Of a DNA stretch of 64,000 nucleotides, positions 26,567 to 38,816 are shown one piece after another. Each line of letters begins with the position of its first letter. Position 1 is the first letter of the stretch. The notes below the pieces were generated by a model. It saw only the letters and a program-made list of their open reading frames with translations. It was not told the origin of the DNA and did no database searches. Both the position numbers and the translations under genes were made by a program. The DNA comes from Lingula anatina (taxonomy: Eukaryota > Animalia > Brachiopoda), in contig CM120642.1 in the NCBI GenBank assembly GCA_051362555.1, forward strand, positions 17,732,001 to 17,796,000. Direction: 5' to 3'.

Positions 26567-26589
26567 CAATCCATGTAGTGCAGAGAACC

Positions 26590-26767
26590 TTAAATGCAAC
26601 ATCTTTTTAAACGAACGAGCACAGTGTTTGGATTACCTCCTTCTTAAGATGATAACAGCCTTAAAACATAAAATAAAAGGAGAAATGTGTTACGAAAAAA
26701 AGGTGCTTTGTTATATTCTTGTCAAAGAACTTCTCCACACGTAGACATTTCATGACTTTCTTTGGTT
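26590..26767 (-). pseudogene. Relic of a fourth pentraxin copy (last codons + 3' UTR only)
   Basis: caaagaacttctccacacgtagacatttcatgactttctttggt matches the 3' end of the last pentraxin exon, and the flank resembles 5460-5580. Confidence 0.65.
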
Positions 26768-27436
26768 TTTTACTAGCGCCACTTTCGAGATCTACGTACA
26801 ACATAACACTTTACCACTATGACCGGTTGTTTTTTGTAGACAATAACACATCAGATTTACTTACAGATTCTATGTAATAACCATGGGCAAAAGCAGTTTG
26901 GACATAAGGTTTACTTTTTTTAAAAGCCCTGTTTCACAAGCAACCACATAACGTTGATAGGATTTAAGGATAAAATCCGTTGTCAAGGCAACTATAAAAA
27001 ATCCTAATTAATTGATATCTGGAAAAGAACTTCAAACGATCTCTAATTGCAGTTTAATTTTCACAGTGTCATAGATCTTTTGATTTTATAGGAAAAATGT
27101 AAAATAAGTTGTTTGTCTTCAATAGTTTCGAGGTCACCTATTGTCTTCGTTTTGAGAAAAATGCAAAATCAATTTGGATATTAAACCTCGCGCGAGAATA
27201 TGCCGTTGAGAACAGCACTTCAGCTACAGTTGCGCAGTCCCTATTAGACAAACATTTACCGTACATGTAGAAGTCACCGTGTCCGGGTTGCGATGCTCGA
27301 TAAAATTGTGGTAGGGCGACTCGGCAGTGCGGCAGCGCCATTGCGTCTCTCTAGGCTGAGTGATTGTACAAGTAATGGGTCACCTCTGCAGCAATGCGCC
27401 AGATGGTCAAACACCAGTAAAGATCTTACTTAAAAA

Positions 27437-27635
27437 CTTACGCTGGACGGCGTCCTCTCTGCCTTTGTGCGACCATGAAACTGGCACCGCTGTGGACGTA
27501 GAAAGGAGACACAGGCATCGCTTTGGTTACAGAATGAATGCTCAATAATCGGCTAGTTGTTGACACGTGAAGTATTATTTTTTTACTCTCAAACGGAGTC
27601 GTTCTGTGGGCAAAAAGTCCAGTGTAAAGGGGGCT
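27437..27635. mobile_element. Harbinger-type MITE, inverted copy of 30579-30786 with degenerate left end
   Basis: Ends in CCAGTGTAAAGGGGGCT+TAA; the internal sequence is the reverse complement of the 30579 copy. Confidence 0.7.
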
Positions 27636-28668
27636 TAACGGAGGAGTACACGTATAACTGCCCTGTCAAGCAGTTACAAACCATTGTCACAATGTAGACA
27701 TTATTTATGGAGTGTGTGTGTGTGTGTGTGTTTTTCATAATTTATTTCCATAAGTCATAGCAGCGGCGATTGAGCAGCGGCGTTCCTGTCCCTAAAGTTA
27801 TGACAGGTGATTCCTTGGGTTTTTCTAACAAGAACAGAATATATTTGGTATCAAGCAAGGAGCAAGGGCTACATAAAATAAATGACTTCACATAATAAAG
27901 AGATTAAAAATAATAATACTGCGTGTACACCGTTTCCACACACTTGTTCAGCTGGAAATCGTATAAAGCAGGGAGAAATTGAAGTCATTTTAGCTGACCA
28001 GCCGGTGGGTAGCCAGGTAAATAGCAGCAGCAAACGTCGGGATGAATGACAAAATACTTTTGCCATGAATAAATGAACGTGAAGACAACAGGACAAAGAG
28101 ATCGGCATGAAGATATAGGCTCCATCCGCCAAAAAGCTGAAACCCCTGGATCTAACACGACACGCTTGTGTAAATCACAATGGGAAATGTCCACATGGTG
28201 ACGGCGCACAATAGACACGTTGACAAGTTGAGAAGCTGGACAAAGGTTCAAAAGCTCGTCGTTACGCTCAAGACATGTGTCCAAATGTGTTATGCAACTT
28301 TTTCTGCAGCAGAGCAAAATAGCTGGTTTACGGCGAAAAACGTGGCACCTGAAGACATACATATACTGTACAGTTTCAGTTGAAGCAAAACGAAGTCGGT
28401 TCATCTTTTTACCAGGCTTGAATAAGAACTGGATGAATAACAGTGTCCCGCTTTGCCAGCCCTTTCGTTTTTATTAGTCCAAGGCTAGGGACAAAACTTG
28501 CGTGGATTTTATACGGAATTAAAATAAATTTTAAAAAATTGATAAAAACTTGAACTTTGTAGTTTGAAAAAAAACTATTAAACTTTTGGTTTGAATGAGG
28601 TGTAAGGGATGTAAGTTAATGAGGCCATGTGGTACATGTATCCCCCTTTTCAGTTCGTTTCACATTAA

Positions 28669-28966
28669 AGGGATAACAACTATTCGTATGAGATCCATAT
28701 TTCACAATAAATACATTATAAACCACTCACAGACATAATACAGATATATAATAAACTCTGTTTGACCAAGGTTGTCGCAGTTATTCTAGAATCTGTGTTT
28801 GTCATCGCATCACGTGCCCTCCATAAATGGCTACTCTCTGTAATAATCTCTTAAGTGATTATAACAAAAATGTCAGGACGGATACATTAACCATTAATGA
28901 GTATGAAAAAAGTGTCGTTTAACCCAGAGAAATCCATTTTGGTCAAAGTGAATAGTTGTTATTTCT
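28669..28966. mobile_element. Kolobok-type MITE (TTAA TSD)
   Basis: TTAA-AGGGATAACAACTATTC ... GAATAGTTGTTATTTCT-TTAA; inverted homolog of 51471-51829. Confidence 0.75.
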
Positions 28967-29455
28967 TTAATAGTAAATTGAAAACCCTCTGCGGCCTAAA
29001 AAAAAAAAGGTGCAGGCATTACCACGTTGCATGGCCGTGAAATTGAGGAGATCGCGCCACAAGTCTTAAATTTCTCAAGGAAATAACAGAAGAAAAATAT
29101 TACAGTAGATTTTCTCAAAAATAGTTTATGTGACTGTCATTTCAAAGCCGCCTACTTACGCTGGATCTGTTAAAGGCCCCTGCCTACGCTAATAACAGTA
29201 AGACGTACAAGCTAACAAAGAGCAGCAAGAATTACCCAACCCATTTATCCCACATTAAACCTGACGATCACATTTCATACAGAAATTATACGCGGTCAAC
29301 AGTGTCCCATAATAGATTTACACGTCTATGATACAAAAGATAATGTTCGGTGTCAGATTTTGAAGCCACTTTTATGCTTGTATACAGTATATATATAAAG
29401 GTTTATCTGGCTATAAGGCATGACTTCATATGTCTGAACCATAAAGTTTTTCAGG

Positions 29456-32400
29456 ATGCATTTGGATGAATTTCTGAAGGTAGTTGGCGAGTTCGGTCCT
29501 TACCAAAAACGGCAGTATGTCTTGGTATGCTTGGTAAGCTCGTACGCTGCAGTCGTTATTTTCAGTCTCGTCTTCTTTTCGGTGGCACCGGAGCACCATT
29601 GCACAATACCGGCTGCATACAAGGAACTTTCCCAAAAATTTTATGGCAAAAATGTCTCGGAAGAAAAGATCTATAACATGTCCATACCTTGGGTGGAAGG
29701 AAAAAATGGAATATTTGAGAGGAGCAGCTGTTTCCTCATCTCACTGAAGAATTATGAAAATAATTCGAGCATTGGGAATGCCACGATACCGCTGAATACG
29801 TCCGTGGCGGACGCCTTCGAACAAAAGTTTAGCGTAGATAACCAAACATTTGAAGCGTGTCCAGAAGGCAGGACATACAGCCAAAAGACCTACGCGTCAA
29901 CTATAGTATCTGAGGTACGTACAAGGGAAGGGTATTTTTCAACCCTGACCCTCCTTAAACCCCTTCTTAATATTTTGTCTGATACTAGAAATACTTAAAT
30001 TTGCAAATACTTTAAAACGGAATGTTTAAGGTTTAAGACTGGCCGCTACCGCGCTACTGCCAAAGATGACGTGGAGAATGTATTTCAGTGTTTCTTGTGA
30101 TCTGTAGATCGTGATCGTGAAAAAGCTTAAAACAAATCGAGAGAAAAATATTTTAATCACAGAAAGAAAAGAACAAAAAGTAGAAATATATGTGAGAAGA
30201 ATAAAGCAATAATAATAAGAAGAATAAAAGTGCAAAGTCTGCATGTCAGGAGTAACCTGTTTCAGTATGGCGGCACGATGGTGCTGGGAGTGTTTAGGAC
30301 TTTATGGGCGTATTCCCAGAGCCTTTAGATCGATCTATCCCCGCGGGGAGTCTCACTGTTAGACTACTGTTGGATAATCCGGCTTAAATGTCCGTCCCGC
30401 CTACTACAAGCTGTAAGGAGGTAATTAAATTTCGTGCCCGCTCGGCTGACAGCTATTTAGCGAGAGCCCCCAGGGAGTTAGGTCGATCTAAAGTAGATCG
30501 ATCTAATCTTTGGGAATGGGGACTATGAGACCCCCGCCCTATAAAAGGCAATACCAAAGTAAGTGTCCGCACAAGTAAAGCCCCCTTTACACTGACGGCG
30601 TCCTTTCTGCGTCCCGTAGTATGAACCCGTTTGAGAGTGAAAAATATAATACCTTACATTCCGACAACTGACCGATCATTGAGCATACATTCTGTAACCA
30701 AATCGATGCTTGTTTCCCCTTTCTACGACCACAGCGATGCCAGTTTCATGGTCGCAGAAAGGACGCCGTCCAGTATAAAGGGGGTTTAACAGTGCCTCTT
30801 CCAGCCATTTATATCCATGTGTCTTGTAATAATAGCATATCACCACACCCACGCCGGAGCCCAGACACCGGCATCATGGAATTCATGCCTCGAAGCGATT
30901 GTGTCGTTGTGTCGATAATTTTACGATGTTGATATGGTTGTCCATTATTAGTCCGCCCCCTTCTGTTCACAAAATAGAAATTAAAGTATTTTAGACGTCA
31001 CCGAACAGAATGCGAGGGATACCTCATTATTCCTGCAAATGCAGTTTCTACATGATATTATAGACAGTGAATAGCACTTTTGCAGATGAGTTGCATAACA
31101 ACCCATGTAAGCAATTATGCTCTGATTAGGCCCGTAGCCAGGGGGGGCGGGAGATTCGAAAGAACCGCCCTTTTTGCTGGGAAAAGGTCCACTCTGGGTA
31201 AAATTTGATCTAGGTACATGAAGTTTTTTATGGAAAAGGGTCCACTTTTTCAGAAAAAGAACCCCTCCCCCTTTTAAAATTGCTGGCTACGGGTCTGCTG
31301 ATGCAGTTTGTTTCAAAAATTGAGAAAACGTATCGCCCCTAAGATTATTTTTCACTCACTGCATTCATTTGTGGTAATATGTACGTTGTGAGCCAGCTAA
31401 ATGATCGCTGAGTACTCAGCCTCTGGAGAATAAATTAAAAACTCGCCACACCTTGCTTGTGTTTATATAAAGTTTGGTATATGTTGTACAGCATATGGAC
31501 AGACACTGCATGGACCGAACTGTATCATTATCATAATCATTTGACATTTCATCCTATCCAAGTCCGTTGTGTTTTGTTTGTAAAAGTAACTGATCCAAAT
31601 CGTTATTCAATCTGCTTTGATCAGAGGGACATGTGTATATCACTATATAATGCAGATAGAGTGGTTTTTGTTGTTGTATTAACGTCGATGTATGAAATCC
31701 ATTAGTAAATTGTATCAAATCTAGCAGTATAAGCAGCTTGTTAACAGAAAGTTTTATAATAGAAAGTGAGATGTCTTCTTATGCAGAGAATTTGTTATGA
31801 CAATATGTTAAGTAATGTGTTTACATCTGATAAAATTATGACCATATTTGTTTTATAACTTTTTTGTCACAGGGCACAGTAGAGTGATATAATCATATAG
31901 TTAAAGAAATAAATGGCATTACAAACGACCACTTTTTTTCCAGTTCGACCTAAAGTGTGAAAATGAATGGCAGATCAGTTTTAGCAAGTCCATGCTTTTC
32001 ATTGGTAAATTGGTTGGAGATTTGCTTTCCGGGATGGTATGCGATAGGTGAGGAGATTAGGGGAGTGCTTGTACCTTGATTTTGTTATCATAATCATGAT
32101 CTATCATGCGTTTTTAAAATAGATTTATATAATGATATTTGATACTCGATTTTTTCGTAATAATAGTATTTTTTCTGCTGTTGCTTGCAGCATTGTCGCA
32201 AATACCGTTCACTGTACATAGATAACAAGGTATGCAAATACACATGGATGTCACTGTGGCTGCAAGAACGCGTGTAAATGTAGCAAGAAGTCTCTAATTG
32301 ATTTACGGAAAGAAAATAATTGATGGACTTATCAAATTTCATCAGTTAGTTTACACATCCATTTTTTCATCTCTGAAACATTTATGAGTTGACATTTTAA

Positions 32401-35400
32401 AAAAGCTCGCTCTTTGCATTTCAGATTCGGCAGACGGCCCACTTTCTTGGTCTCCATGTTTTTGTCACTCGTCGTAGGGGTTTTACTAGCACTGTCTCCT
32501 GTAATGGCTGTCTACACGACCGCTTTGTTTATACTAGGGTTTCTAAATCCGTTTTACTATCTCAGCGTTTTCACTTTAGGTGAGTTACGCCGCCCTCTTT
32601 GACGCACAATCATTGTGACATATGCGATTATAAAAGAGCTGTAATCTGTCTGTTGTTTTTGTGCGTATTAGAGTTAATGATTAACTTTTCTTAGTTTTAG
32701 CGAAGGAAGAATATGGTGTTCCAAACGGTATAAAAAGTACTATCAAGTTTTATAAAACACATGCACAAGAATTTCATTTTTTTCTCAAAACGCAAAAAAT
32801 TATACAACCCAGTAATAGCAGTTTTGTTTTTATGTCTCCTTGATCTAAAGGTTCAATACGATGCCGAGAAAGGAGCAATAAAGTGACAAACACAAGTATG
32901 ATGTTCGAAACTTGGCCGATGCCGGCCGCTTTTATTGTGAATCCTTATACTAAAATGAATTAAATTTTGATGTTAAAATTAATTAATTGTGACAGTGCCA
33001 AAATACGTAATTTTTTACGCCTGAAAAGACTATTTTATATATAATTCCCAAAGAACATAGTGATGGCAAAATTACAATGCGAATCCCGTCGGAACTAGGT
33101 TACAATCCGTCGCCATAAAACAACGTTTGACTCAGCCGCCAAACTTCCCTTTCTTGTTGGCGTTTTAATTGGTAAAAAATAGGAATAGGACCTATTAGGT
33201 CACACGACACGTGTGCACCAGCAAAATAAACTTTTGAAGGGAAATTTGGGAAGGCGAAAGGATATTTCCACAACATTTGGCATCTCAGACGTGTATTGTA
33301 CGTGAAACTTGTTGGTAATTTGTAACAAAATCGCTTGTCTTTTAAGAACATACCTATACAGCTGTATAAAAATTGTTCCGGGAAGATTAAGTTTTCTCCA
33401 TTAATTTTCACATGTGGTTAAATCATTGACTTTTTATGTATAATTGTTTAGTTAAGTGCAATAGGAGCCTACAAAATTACAATTATTGTTTCTCTTTTCT
33501 TCAGTTTATTATGCTGTGTTTTACAAGCGGCCCTTTTTATGTCTTTTTAAGGACTAGAATTTACTGGTGCAGGGAAACGCAATATCACGGGATTTGTTCT
33601 TCATATTTTCTTCGGAGTTGGCACTTTCTACGTAGTACTTTTTGCCTATTTTATCCGCAACTGGCGCCACCTGGCATTGGCTATGTTTTCTCCGTGCTTT
33701 CTATTTGGAATTTACTGGTTGTAAGTACTGTAATGTTTATAATTAGCTCTTTTATCTTAAGGGACATTTCCATACCCTATGGTACTAGCAGAATCGATCT
33801 ATCTCCAGGAACGTTAACTACCCTACTAGCAGCTTCAGTGGGCGTGATATAAATTTAAGCCGCTTAAACTAAATGCAGCTTAACGAGAATCCCCTTGGAG
33901 TTAGATCGATCCTAGTAGTACCATAGGTTTATGGGAACCCAGTTTTACATACGCACTCACATTAACACACTACATGTAACGGATTCGCAGCATTATTTAA
34001 GAATATTTAAGAGTAAAGAAAATGTAAGAGTAGGTATTTTTTTTCATTGACAAATAAATCGGAAAGGATATTTTATTTCGTGTTTTTATTTCGTCTTTTC
34101 ACCAGTCTGCTGCCAGAGTCCTTCCGATGGTTGCTATCTCGCGGTCGCACGGAAGAAGCTAAAAAGGTCTTGAATAAAGTCGTGGAGGTCAACAAAGCCG
34201 AGGTCGAAGAAGGTCTTGTCGCTTCTCTACTGGACGGCATTGAGAAACCATCCAAAACAACTACAGACACTGCGACAGCTCTTGACATGGTCCGAACGTG
34301 GAGGCGGGCCGTCTTCACGCTGAATATATGTTTTAATTGGCATGTATACTTTTTTCACAATGTTTGGTTTAATGTCTCTATGTTTGGTTTAGCGATTTGT
34401 GTATTGTTTTCCTTTATTGTCGCAAACATTGGCATAGCTGTTTAAAAAAATGAAATGTCAATAATTCAAACATTGCTTGGAGAATTTTTTTTCTAAGAAT
34501 AGGAAACCAGAAAAATGAAAATGTGTCTTTGACTGATGGGCAAAGTAAAATATAGAAATCTATATATGCGTAACTGCTGAACGTGATTAAAACGCATTTT
34601 CGAAATATTTGTAAAACAAAATAATTTGATAAATGTGTTACATCATCGCTCATGTACAAACATTTAAATATTCTGAGATGTAAATTAAACATGTTCCTGA
34701 CCTTCATCCCTTCTTCTGCATAATATACATTATGAAAAAGACCATTCCTTAATTTGTGTATTTTATTTACCGTTTTAGTGTGATTTAACATTTTAATATT
34801 CAAGGCTTGTCAATGCCATGGTCTACTACGGTCTCTCCCTGAACGTGGAAAGCTTAGGAGGCAGCCTCTATTTGAACTTCATTCTTATGGGTGCCATAGA
34901 AATCCCGGCGTACGGTTCGCTCGTACTCATCATAGACAGATTAGGCCGAAGAAAAACCCTATTTTTCTATATGGTGACTGCAGGGGTGGCGTGCATTGTG
35001 TCTGGGGTTTTGCCCTACGGTATGTTAAACAAAGGACGTATTTTCATAATTATACATGTAACGCTCATATCGAATGCCAACCATAAATGCGAAGTATGAG
35101 AAAATAGTTTCTTTGGATCTGCAAACATTCATATTCAAAATATTCATATACTACCCTAGTATGCATAATATTAGGCATTACAGTTTTGTTACGTGCTTGC
35201 CTCTCGAACTCAATCGACGCGAGTCAATCCACCGGTAAGAAATCACCCGAGATTCGCCCAATGTGCCTTCCAATTTATTCCTATACTAATCATCTTATTC
35301 CGACAGGGAGTGTTCGCCGATTAAATAACACCGAATTGTATATTTTTTATAATAATTTGTTTATTTTTTAAGAATTACACTGGCTGATCATTACCACGGC

Positions 35401-37902
35401 AGTAGTCGGGAAGATGTGTATTTCTGCTTCGTTTGGTGTTATATACCTTCTTACACCGGAATGCTACCCAACTACAATGAGGTAAGTAGGTTAAGGCAAA
35501 ATATTATACTGTTAAGGGTTTAAAACACACATGCACACATACAGGCCTACCCAACTACCAGATTCGGCACCGAATTATCCTGAATTCACCGGTAGATAAG
35601 ACCACACTACCCGTTTTCAAGGTGTGTGTCAGAGCGCATTACACAGTATCAGACGCGACACCGCTCTTGCCTAGTACGCGATGTGATAGTGACGATTCTC
35701 AGCGGGGTTGAAAAGCATTGCATCACCACTCAAAATTTGTTTAGGGTATGATACTGTGTAATGCGATCTGACACACACCTTGAAAACGGGTAGTGTGGTC
35801 TGATCTACCGGTGAATTCAGGATCATTCGGTGCCGAGTCTGGTAGTTGGGTAGGCCTGACATAGTTGCCAACACTTGAGCTCATCTTGAATACGAAAATA
35901 TTGAAAACTTCTTTCAATAGATGATTATGCAAGACCTGAAATGATAGTACAGTTTGTGTATTATTCAGTACATTTTATTTGAAAAGCAAAAAAAAAATTG
36001 TTCTTAAATTAAGAATTAGTCACGTGGATGTCATATATTGAATGATTGCCTTTTTGCCCTAATTGATCACAGTTCCCATGGACAAATTAACATTTTAATC
36101 AATTAAACATGACACCCGTTTACAGAATCGTTGCGTTAGGAACAGCCTCAGCGTTTGGCAGGGTCGGGAGTGCCCTTGCCCCGCAGGTGATCTTACTTCA
36201 AGAAATAATGACTTCACTGCCTTTCATCTTCATTGGAGTCATGTCCATTACTGCGGGGATACTGTCGCTGTTCTTCCCAGAAACGGTTAGACGGAAGCTC
36301 CCACAGAACACGGCCGAGTTTGATGAGCTGCTGCGTAGCCCAATGTAAGCCTAGGTCCCCATACCTAGATCGATCTAACAGGATCGATCCATCTCCGAGG
36401 TGTTTCTCGCGAAATTGTTTTCAGTTCCAGCGGCTAAGATGCCTGGCACGCCTGCTGAAGCTGCTAAACGATAATTACCCCTTAGTAGTTTGAGTTGATT
36501 GCAATTTAGCGAGAATCCCCTCAGAGATAGATCGATCCACGGTTATTACAAAATCGTCTGGGGATACCAGATGGACGTGTTATTTCTAATAACCTCCTTT
36601 TAGTTTACCCTCTACCAGGGCGACAGATTGATTTTTCACTAGACATTCACAGATATGTCTTTGGTCTGGTTAAATTCACGGTTATTATCTGTACTGCGGC
36701 CCTGTAATGAAATCTCGAGGATGGTTACAAAGCTCAGCAAAAATATTCAGATAATAGTAACTGCTGCCCTGTTAGAGGGTACTTATAGCTCCTCCTAGGT
36801 GGCATAGAGCCATGCTCCCTGCCCCATCCTTTCGCTTCACAGGTACATGTACCCCCTTCTCCCTCTCCCTTTAAATAAGGATAAACAGGCCATCACACAA
36901 AGCTAGACAAAATCAAATAACTCCCATTACCTTTGCCCTACTTTATATATTATTATAAAACTGTCATTGCAAGGTTATACATGTCAATCTTTGTGCCTCT
37001 CCCCCCCCCCCCCCCCCATCCCCGCGCCAGCCATCGCCAGTGCCGCCAGTTACGCTGTCAAACGAAAAGTGAATAACTGAAGCCGGCTTATGTTCTTTAA
37101 GGATTTGGAATCAAATTGACCATCCTGTGACAAATATTCGCCCGTTTTATCCGTCACAAGGAAGAAGGAGAAATCGTATTATTATCTATATACTCACTGA
37201 GTAACGCTTCTTGCCAGGGTGCTGCATAAGGTATCCACTAGAGGTCGCCAGTGTTGTCTGTCAGCTGCATAAACCTCAAGTTGTCCTCACATCCATCCTT
37301 ATCGCCCCATCTTCTTTGTATTGGTTTCAAGAGATTCGCTGTCTGTTACGCTTGCTAAAATACTAGAATCTACCTGTATTTCATAATGAATTTGAGCACA
37401 TTCAGAACAGGGGACTACTTAAGGCCGCATTCAGAACAATAGCTAACTAGTCCGTGGGTCAAATATGGCGATCCACTACAAAGCTTGTGGATTAATCCGC
37501 TAATAGACACTGAAGAGATTCCCCGTAGTGAAGTGTTCATGTGGGTCGGCCATATTTCACCCTCTGAATAGTTAGTCCATTGTTCTGAATGGGGCCTTAC
37601 AGATCTGCGGATCAAGTATGGCCGACCCAGCTGAACTCTTGTTGCGTAATCCCCGTGGGAAATCTATTCAGTGTCTAAAAGGGAATTAAGCGGCAAGCTT
37701 TTTAGTGTGTCGCCATATTTGATCCGCGGATCCGTTAGTCTGGTGTTCTGAATGCGATCTTTAACAGCTATACTGAGTTGTTATTTTCTTTTTTCTCCTT
37801 AGATTCCGGACAGAAAAACATGAACTGGACAAAGATTCGTCGAATGAGCTTCTGGACCTGAAGAAAGACCCAAGACGTGAGAAATCGGATGTGAGCATAT
37901 AG
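29456..37902 (+). CDS. SLC22 family organic cation/anion transporter 1 (587 aa); exons 29456-29914, 31944-32047, 32425-32579, 33552-33720, 34106-34339, 34805-35019, 35373-35481, 36126-36344, 37803-37902
   Basis: Motifs MHLDEFL..VGEFGPYQ, STIVSEFDL.C, DRFGRR, PESFRWL, VYYGL, DRLGRR, ECYPTTMR and FPET. Exon sizes 104/155/169/234/215/109/219 are identical across the three paralogs and the frame is open. Intron 5 needs a GC donor. Confidence 0.92.
30305..30525. mobile_element. MITE family with GATCGATC subterminal motifs (copy 1; others at ~33768-33940 and ~36352-36570)
   Basis: Imperfect TIRs (ttcccaga...tttgggaa) and a shared gatcgatctatc...gcgagaatcccc...gatcgatc architecture in three copies. 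Confidence 0.6.
30579..30786. mobile_element. Harbinger-type MITE
   Basis: TAA-AGCCCCCTTTACACTG-ACGGCGTCCTTTCTGCG ... CGCAGAAAGGACGCCGTCCAGTATAAAGGGGGTT-TAA. Confidence 0.8.
31127..31297. mobile_element. hAT-like MITE
   Basis: TIRs TAGGCCCGTAGCCAG / CTGGCTACGGGTCTG flanked by the direct repeat CTGAT. Confidence 0.75.
35542..35858. mobile_element. MITE with ~110-bp TIRs
   Basis: CAGGCCTACCCAACTACCAGA...ACACAGTATC is the near-perfect reverse complement of 35750-35858; ACATA flanks both ends. Confidence 0.9.
37394..37760. mobile_element. Two nested MITEs of one family in opposite orientation
   Basis: The inner copy 37422-37597 (AGGCCGCATTCAGAACA...TGTTCTGAATGGGGCCT) sits inside an outer copy (CACATTCAGAACA...TGTTCTGAATGCG). 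The internal sequences are reverse complements. Confidence 0.75.
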
Positions 37903-38816
37903 CTTGCGGTGCATACATACGCTGAATGCCAAGTGTTTGGAATGAACGTTCTTCTTTCGCAATTTTCCAATCAACTGAAGACGTAGATATTTTCAATAAA
38001 ATGTTAACACCAACTGAGGTATAAACGTGTACGTGCAGTATTGTATTTTAGGTGTCAAATGTGCAAGACATAATTAACTGAAATTTTAAGAGAGTTTAAC
38101 ACACAAAGCAAAAAATTGATTCATTTTGTTCTGAGAAACATGAATACTTGGCAAACAAATAAAATGGTGCACTTCAACAATGTTGTACATTTGGCACATT
38201 TTTTTAGAAATGCGAGGTGAGACAAATGTATCGTAAATAATAAATGGAAGAAAAGTGGTACATGTAGGTGGATTTTAAAACGAAAAACCGAGAACGAAGC
38301 ACGGATTAAGAAATGCGTCATGACGGAGCCTTATCCTTATCTTAGCTTCTCGTGGATCTACCTACACGCTCTCCAAAATTTGTTTTATGAGTTCGCCTTC
38401 ATAGTTTGTAAGGTATATTTCTTTTAGGTACTTCTGAAAACTGCTGCTTCATTATTATTTTAAAAGAGGAGGGAGCTATTTGGAGGCATATTTGTTCATT
38501 CTATTGCTTCTATGGCGCCTTATTTTATCTAAGTGGCAAAATTACGTTATCGACAAAGCACGATTTTTTACGAATGTCACCACTCATCATCTACACTATG
38601 TTTAAAAATAGTGCGACCTCTGATATTTGTCGTGTTTGTAGATAGGCAAGTGAAACAGCACCATAACTAAATACCAAATGCAAAGCTTTTTTAATTTTAT
38701 TTCTTACTCGTACTTCATTGTTTGCTATTTAAATGACGCGATATTGAATAGTAAACAAAGCCAGTTTATAACCCCGCTTTGCAGACAAAGAGGTTCACAT
38801 TGAATCCTTAAAAAAG

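Noticed and set aside
26502-26744. Poly-Lys ORFs here and at 46522-47057
   Set aside because: Translations of C-run + A-run homopolymers.
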